Below the pieces are notes generated by a model. The model was not told the origin of the DNA. It did no database searches and saw only the letters and a program-made list of their open reading frames with translations. From assembly GCA_051294375.1 (NCBI GenBank), contig CM119266.1, forward strand, positions 23,711,237 to 23,775,236: a stretch of DNA of 64,000 bases, in the 5' to 3' direction. Each line of letters begins with the position of its first letter. Position 1 is the first letter of the stretch. This DNA is from Paraspadella gotoi (Eukaryota; Animalia; Chaetognatha). A program made the translations under genes and the position numbers. Below are positions 55,760-64,000 of this stretch, one piece after another.

Positions 55760-56464
55760 GCAGAGAGAGAGAGAGAGGAGAGAGAGAGAAACAAAAAAGA
55801 AAAAAAACCAAATCGGCACGCAGATTGTAAATGACTATGATTCTTTTCCTGGGTAAAACATTACAATTGAAAAGAAAAAAAGATCCATTCGAAAAAGTGT
55901 AAAGGGGGGGGGCGGAGGCCAAGAAGGAAACTTTCCCGAAAAGTAATTGGAAAAGAAGATGAAAAAAATGAAATTTGGTCTTATGAAGATTCTTTTTAAA
56001 AAGAAACTAACGGTTGCATTTTCTATTTGATCCGGTCAAATTCCTTTCTCTTTTTCTACCCTCGTCCGATCCATGATAATATATCATGAAATCGGTCAAT
56101 GGTAATCAACCCGTATTTACACATACTGATAGCTCCTCACCATATTAACGCTACAACCGATTTATTCTTTTTTATTGAATAGGATGGCACAAGTCAGCAA
56201 TCGAGTTTGTAAAATACCTCTATTGTTTTCAAAGGGGCGAAAGGCTTTTTTTTTCGTAATAAACGCAAAAACTAAATTGTGATTCGCAAAAAAAAAAACA
56301 ACAACAACAAAAAAAGAAAGAGAGAGAGAGAGAGAAATAGACTAATGACTACAAAAATGATCTCATACCCCACGGGTAAAGATAATCACAGTTTTGAAAA
56401 AAACTATCGGAGAGAAAATCAGGGCATCGTAGCAACAACTAAAGAAAAAAAAAATTAAAGGGAG

Positions 56465-64000
<7,536 letters not shown>

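Overview
This is animal (bilaterian) draft-genome DNA. It is very rich in (GA)n/(CT)n and (GTC)n microsatellites and has many N gaps, five of them exactly 25 N long. Four real elements stand out. (1) A BEL/Pao LTR retrotransposon on the minus strand (~5.8-12.1 kb) with recognisable gag, Cys/His knuckles, protease, RT and RNase H. It is full of frameshifts, is cut off before integrase, and has intron-like splice signals in its 5' part. (2) An intact 4-exon plus-strand gene (42619-45647, 738 aa): a Musashi/DAZAP1/hnRNP-A-type RRM pair, a third RRM, a Cys cluster, and Pro-rich and coiled-coil regions. A frameshifted partial copy lies at 34.7-36.1 kb. (3) A 3-4 exon minus-strand gene of unknown family (52508-~54.6 kb) with an RVxF/W-type motif. 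(4) The homeodomain exon of a central-class Hox gene (58336-58655, minus) with a UbdA-like peptide and mixed Antp/Ubx/Lox2/Lox4 signature residues. Three direct duplications (0.7 kb, 7.4 kb, and at least 1.8 kb) and one inverted duplication differ mainly by indels. Three of the four flank 25-N gaps, so they are probably long-read gap-filling artefacts. Most ORFs in the supplied track are spurious microsatellite translations. I found no convincing new multi-gene system. The best leads are the mosaic Hox protein, two non-Hox genes next to it, the 3-RRM architecture and the possibly spliced BEL element.
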